Below are positions 59,317 to 64,000 of a stretch of 64,000 bases of DNA, piece after piece (within the stretch, counting starts at the first letter, position 1; every line of letters begins with the position of its first letter). Source of the stretch: Anolis carolinensis (lineage: Eukaryota); contig NC_085841.1 in NCBI RefSeq assembly GCF_035594765.1, positions 240,146,689-240,210,688 of the forward strand, written 5' to 3'. The notes under the pieces were generated by a model that was given only the letters and a program-made list of their open reading frames with translations, was not told the origin of the DNA and made no database searches. The position numbers and the translations under genes are program-made.

Positions 59317-62300
59317 TCAGATGCGTGTGGTGTCCTGTCCAGCAGGTGGTGGCTGTATCTCTTCAAGCTGGCAGATAATGCCAGCAATGTATGGGCGCTG
59401 TTGAGGATTCACTATCATCATCGAGCAGAGGAGACATTCCAAGGCAGGCGAATACCTGTAATTTAGAGGCCATTCACATTGGATCTTCCTTGAAATCTGG
59501 GCAGCTTTGAACTTCCCTTTCATGCAGCACTTCCTTACCTTGTATTCTGGGGCACAGTGAGATCATTCTGTACAGCCAAGGCCACACTGTCCCCCTTTTG
59601 GAAGATCATGTCATAAGGCCCCTCACCAAACATCATACAGTACAGAACACAGCCTAAGGACTAAGGAAAGGCAAGATGAGTATATGTAGCAGAAGGCTGG
59701 CCCTAGAATGGAGAGAGGCCACAAGAACATTCCTCCCTTGTATAGGAATAAACCACATGACATTATTTAGAGCATTTGCAGATGTGCTTTTCTAAGTGGA
59801 AATTAAGGCCCTTACCCAGACATCAGTACGTTCATCAATAACACAGTCACGTTCAACAGTGAACAGTTCTGGTGCTCGGTAAGAGATGGTACAGCGCTGG
59901 GCAGCCCAGTCCTGTGAGATAAAGAGACAAAACTGAACTTCAGCTACAGAACATTAGTAGGGTAGGGGCATGATCAGAAGTCTTCAGTTCCACCTTTTCT
60001 CCCTGGACTATTCCTGTGATGCCCCTTGGTGGTTATGTGGCAACAGCCACAAGAAGATGTTTCAGTGCAGTGGTACTAGCATTAAATCAAAAAGGGGAGC
60101 AGAAATCCAGCACAGCCACCAGACAGCAAGGCATGCTGCTTATGAGCCTTATAATACATTAATAGAAAGTGTTTTCTTTCTTTTAAGCATCTATTTTTGT
60201 TTGTTGATTTGCTAATTCTTTGTCTCTGTTAAGATAATAGCTGCATTAGATATGAGGAAATTGAAAAATTGGTGAAATTGGTTTCCTTTTGGATCATAGC
60301 TGGAGCTGGTTAGCCTATGTGACATCCAGTCTGTAAGGATTTTGAGGAATAGGGAGAGGTAGCTTGTGGGAACACAAAATAGCTTTTAAACTGAATGACA
60401 TCCTTGACCTGAGCAGAAGCAGCTGAGGTCTTGAGAAAGAGCTGTAGCTCAGTGGGAATGTGCACATGCTTTGCACGAAGAAGGTTCAAGACAGTTTGAA
60501 ATGTCAGGGACATGCTGCGAATAGGATCAGACAATACTGGCATGGATTGATCAGCATTATAGCCTTGTACAGGGTATCATCTTATGTCTTCCTCTCTGCT
60601 TCATGAACTCTTCATGTAAAACACATTGTCTTTCACTGATTCCTCTTTTAACGTGCTCCTCTGTATAATGAAACACATGTTAGGATCACACCTCTCTTTT
60701 TGCATGTGCTAACATCTTGTTAACATTCTCCTTCCCTAAGTCATTAATCAGCCTTGTTTGGGGAGAATTAATCTAAATCTTCTATTTTCTATGTCCAAGA
60801 AACTAACATGTAACTCATAATAACATCCAGTAGCAATGACTACTAAGCACTGTTCGAGCCTCATTAATGTAACAAACCTGTTGCCCATTCTATTCACACT
60901 GCAATGAGAGCAAACTCCTCAATATTACCAAATATGGTTCCCACTACCAGCTGCCACCTTAGCTGATTTCTGTTTGTTTTTAATTCTAAAACTCAACCTA
61001 GGTAGAAAATATTCATGTTCACAGAAAAAATAATGTGAGATACTTCTATGATGTGTTAATATCAATTTTTCTCTGGTAATGCCACATCAGGGCTCCATAG
61101 AGCAATATCTCTAAGGTTCCCTAGAGTTGTAGGTTGTTTTCTAAAAGTAGAACAATGTTTTTTTTTAATATAGCAATGTTAGTGCTAGCATTTTAACACA
61201 TAATGCATACAGTTATTTTTTTGAATTCAGATGCAATATCCTCCCTCCAAAGCCCTGAATAATGTGATAATGTAATAATGTGAATAGTCACAAGTGGAGT
61301 GCCGCAGGGTTCCGTCCTGGGCCCGGTTCTGTTCAACATCTTTATTAACGACTTAGACGAAGGGTTAGAAGGCACGATCATCAAGTTTGCAAATAACACC
61401 AAACTGGGAGGGATAGCTAACACTCCAGAAGACAGGAGCAGAATTCAGAACGATCTTAACAAATTAGAGAGATGGGCCGAAACTACAAAATGAAGTTCAA
61501 CAGAGACAAATGCAAGATACTTCACTTCGGCAGAAAAAAATGGAATGCAAAGATACAGAATGGGGGACGCCTGGCTCGACAGCAGTACGTGTGAAAAAGA
61601 TCTTGGAGTCCTCGTGGACAAGAAGTTAAACATGAGCCAACAATGTGATGGGGCAGCGAAAAAAGCCAACGGGATTCTGGCCTGCATAAATCGGGGTATA
61701 GCATTTAGATCCAGGGAAGTCATGCTACCCCTCTATTCTGACTTGGTCAGGCCACACCTGGAATACTGTGTCCAATTCTGGGCACCGCAATTGAAGGGAG
61801 ATGTTGACAAGCTGGAAAGCGTCCAGAGGAGGGCAACTAAAATGATCAAGGGTCTGGAGAACAAACTCTATGAGGAGTGGCTTAAAGAGCTGGGTATGTT
61901 TAGCCTGCAGAAGAGAAGGCTGAGAGGAGACATGATAGCCACATACAAATATGTGAGGGGAAGTCATAGGGAGGAGGGAGCAAGCTTGTTTTCTGCTGCC
62001 CTGGAGACTAGGACGCGGAACAAACTACAGGAAAGGAGATTCCACCTGAACATCAGGAAGAACTTTCTCACTGTGAGAGCTGTTCGGCAGTGGAACTCTC
62101 TGCCCTGGACTGTGGTGGAGGCTCCCTCTTTGGAGGCTTTTAAGCAGAGGCTGGATGGCCATCTGTCGGGGTGCTTTGAATGAGATTTTCCTGTTTCTTG
62201 CAGGACGGCCCATGAGGTCTCTTCCAACTCTACAATTCTATGAGTTTTAAATTTGCACTCCGGGTTATGGGAGTGGGAAGGTATGCATCTAGCTTTCATA

Positions 62301-62920
62301 GTTAATCTAATTTAGATTCTTCCCTCTTATCTTTGTTGGAAATTCCCACATCCTTTTCACTGGGCGACTCTTGTACCTGCAATGTCATGGCTTCCCGGGA
62401 GCTCCGTACTTCAATGCGTGCTTGATTCATAGAGCCTAGGTCCATCAACAATGGTTGGTCATCGTCATCCAGAAGCACATTTGTTGGTTTCAGGTCTCTG
62501 AAAGAAGCAGAATGGAATCTCCAGAATTGTCCAGTCACGGCCCTCTGTTTCTTACTTGAAGTTATCTTTTAATCTCCTGATTTCTCAACCTCAGATTTCT
62601 TCCTATTGACAATACTGCCAGGGATGCTTCACACCAGCATGCAGTTTCTTACTTCTATTCACTCCTTCACTGTGCTCTTAATGGCACTTGTGTATCTTCA
62701 CTCTATGGCTCCCCCACCCCAGCCTACACATGGCTTGTCCCACAATATCATTGCTAACAATCTCTGCTTTAGAACCAGTTTCTCACCTGTGTGCATAACC
62801 CTTATTATGAATGGCCTGCAGCCCTCGGCAAAGACCATGAAGAATGGCAAGGATCCGCTCCTCAGGCATGAAGGCACCTTTGTCTTTCAGAGCTTCAACT
62901 TCCTGCCAAAGAGTTCCTCT
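59317..62920 (-). CDS. STK16: Serine/threonine kinase 16, copy 2, partial (last five coding exons 62920-62787, 62497-62377, 59911-59816, 59660-59539, 59455-59317; 5' exons lie beyond the window)
   Basis: Exons match copy 1 at an offset of 29154, with intact splice sites and the same motifs (HRDLKPTN, DLG, APE). Confidence 0.93.
61285..62244 (+). mobile_element. 5'-truncated CR1 LINE, duplicate copy
   Basis: Matches 32131-33090; ORFs 61299..61493 and 61545..62183. Confidence 0.93.
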
Positions 62921-64000
62921 CTACAAAGAAAAGGACAGCAACTCTGGTGATTTGAATCAGGTATATTTTTTTCAAATTTACTACGTGAGGTTTAGATTAT
63001 TTATCCTTGAGTACCCTCATTGCTTCTGTCCGAATACACTCCAGAATGGGATGAGGTCTTTTAAATATTGCAAAACAACAACTTCCATCAGCACAAATCA
63101 GCATATACAGGGGAGATTAATGGAGTTAGTCTACCACTTGGAGAGTCACATGCTCCATATCCCCAAACAAGAAGAAGCAACCAAAGCAAGCCTGAGAGAT
63201 GTTTTGTCCATCCCAGAACCCTAGCTGCCATCAGTCCTAGACAGTCTGACCAAGAATGAGGCATGATAAGTAGTAATGTTTACGTGGCAATAATAGCTGT
63301 GAGTACTTTTGGCTGGTACCCCATCAACACTGTTCCTTGGAAAAAGCAGGTATCTCTAATATAACAAACACATAGGTTACACCTAGAGTATTATCATGCA
63401 TGGTATGATAATGCATGGTATGAAAAGCATTTTTGAATACTTCTGCTATTAATAACTAAAGCCATCAGGCTTTTGTTTGGACTTCTTTTTCACAGCATAT
63501 AAATTCTTATTTTGTTCATCATGTCAATTTATTTCCAAGCACAGTTTTTTTCAAATTGTGCTGCTTATTGCCTGTAAATCCCCAAATAGCTTGGAACCAG
63601 AACAATGAATAGCCATCTTTTCCCACACTAGTTGACATCTTCACCAGAGTCTTTATTTGCAAAAGAAACTATTAGAATTTCTCAATTGTAGCAGGATGAT
63701 GGAAAGCAAAACAGCATATCCTAGGAATTTTGTTTCTTCCATCGCGTTTATATTTCAGTAATCTAGTTAAAGCTTTTAGACTGACTTATTTTGTCAGGAA
63801 TTTTGTTTCAGTTGGTTCTTGTTTTGATTCTGTTTTGATATTAGAAAACTGTTTTCTGTATTCATCTTAGTCACAAGCCCATGCAAGACAAAAAAAAAAA
63901 CACAGAACCCAGGAGGCTGAGCCACTGTCAGAAGGTATTAGCCTCTATTATTGGCATCTCAGTATACTGTGCACATCTCAGTCATGCTTGTGTGAATCCA

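Overview
Squamate genomic DNA, most likely an anole lizard given the Sauria SINEs and Anolis SINE2-like elements. It contains the alpha-tubulin gene TUBA4A (+ strand, 4 exons, 448 aa, no C-terminal Tyr) lying tail-to-tail with the kinase gene STK16 (- strand, 7 coding exons, 305 aa). The dominant structure is a near-identical head-to-tail duplication with no sequence gap: unit 1 is 14574-44099 (29,526 bp) and unit 2 runs from 44100 past the window end (64000 matches about 35502). This gives two intact TUBA4A copies that differ by V7I and K60N, and two STK16 copies. The first STK16 copy appears to have been cut off from its non-coding first exon and promoter and now sits head-to-head with the second TUBA4A promoter. 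An uncollapsed-haplotype assembly artefact cannot be excluded from sequence alone. The rest is dense in repeats: SINEs, CR1, L2 and Penelope-like fragments, solo LTRs with target-site duplications (TSDs), Tc1/Tigger, hAT and Harbinger-like MITEs, and a MITE-derived ~110-bp tandem array. The first 9 kb also holds a promoter-like segment and orphan splice signals. Repeat family names and comparisons with human are from recall, not from searches.
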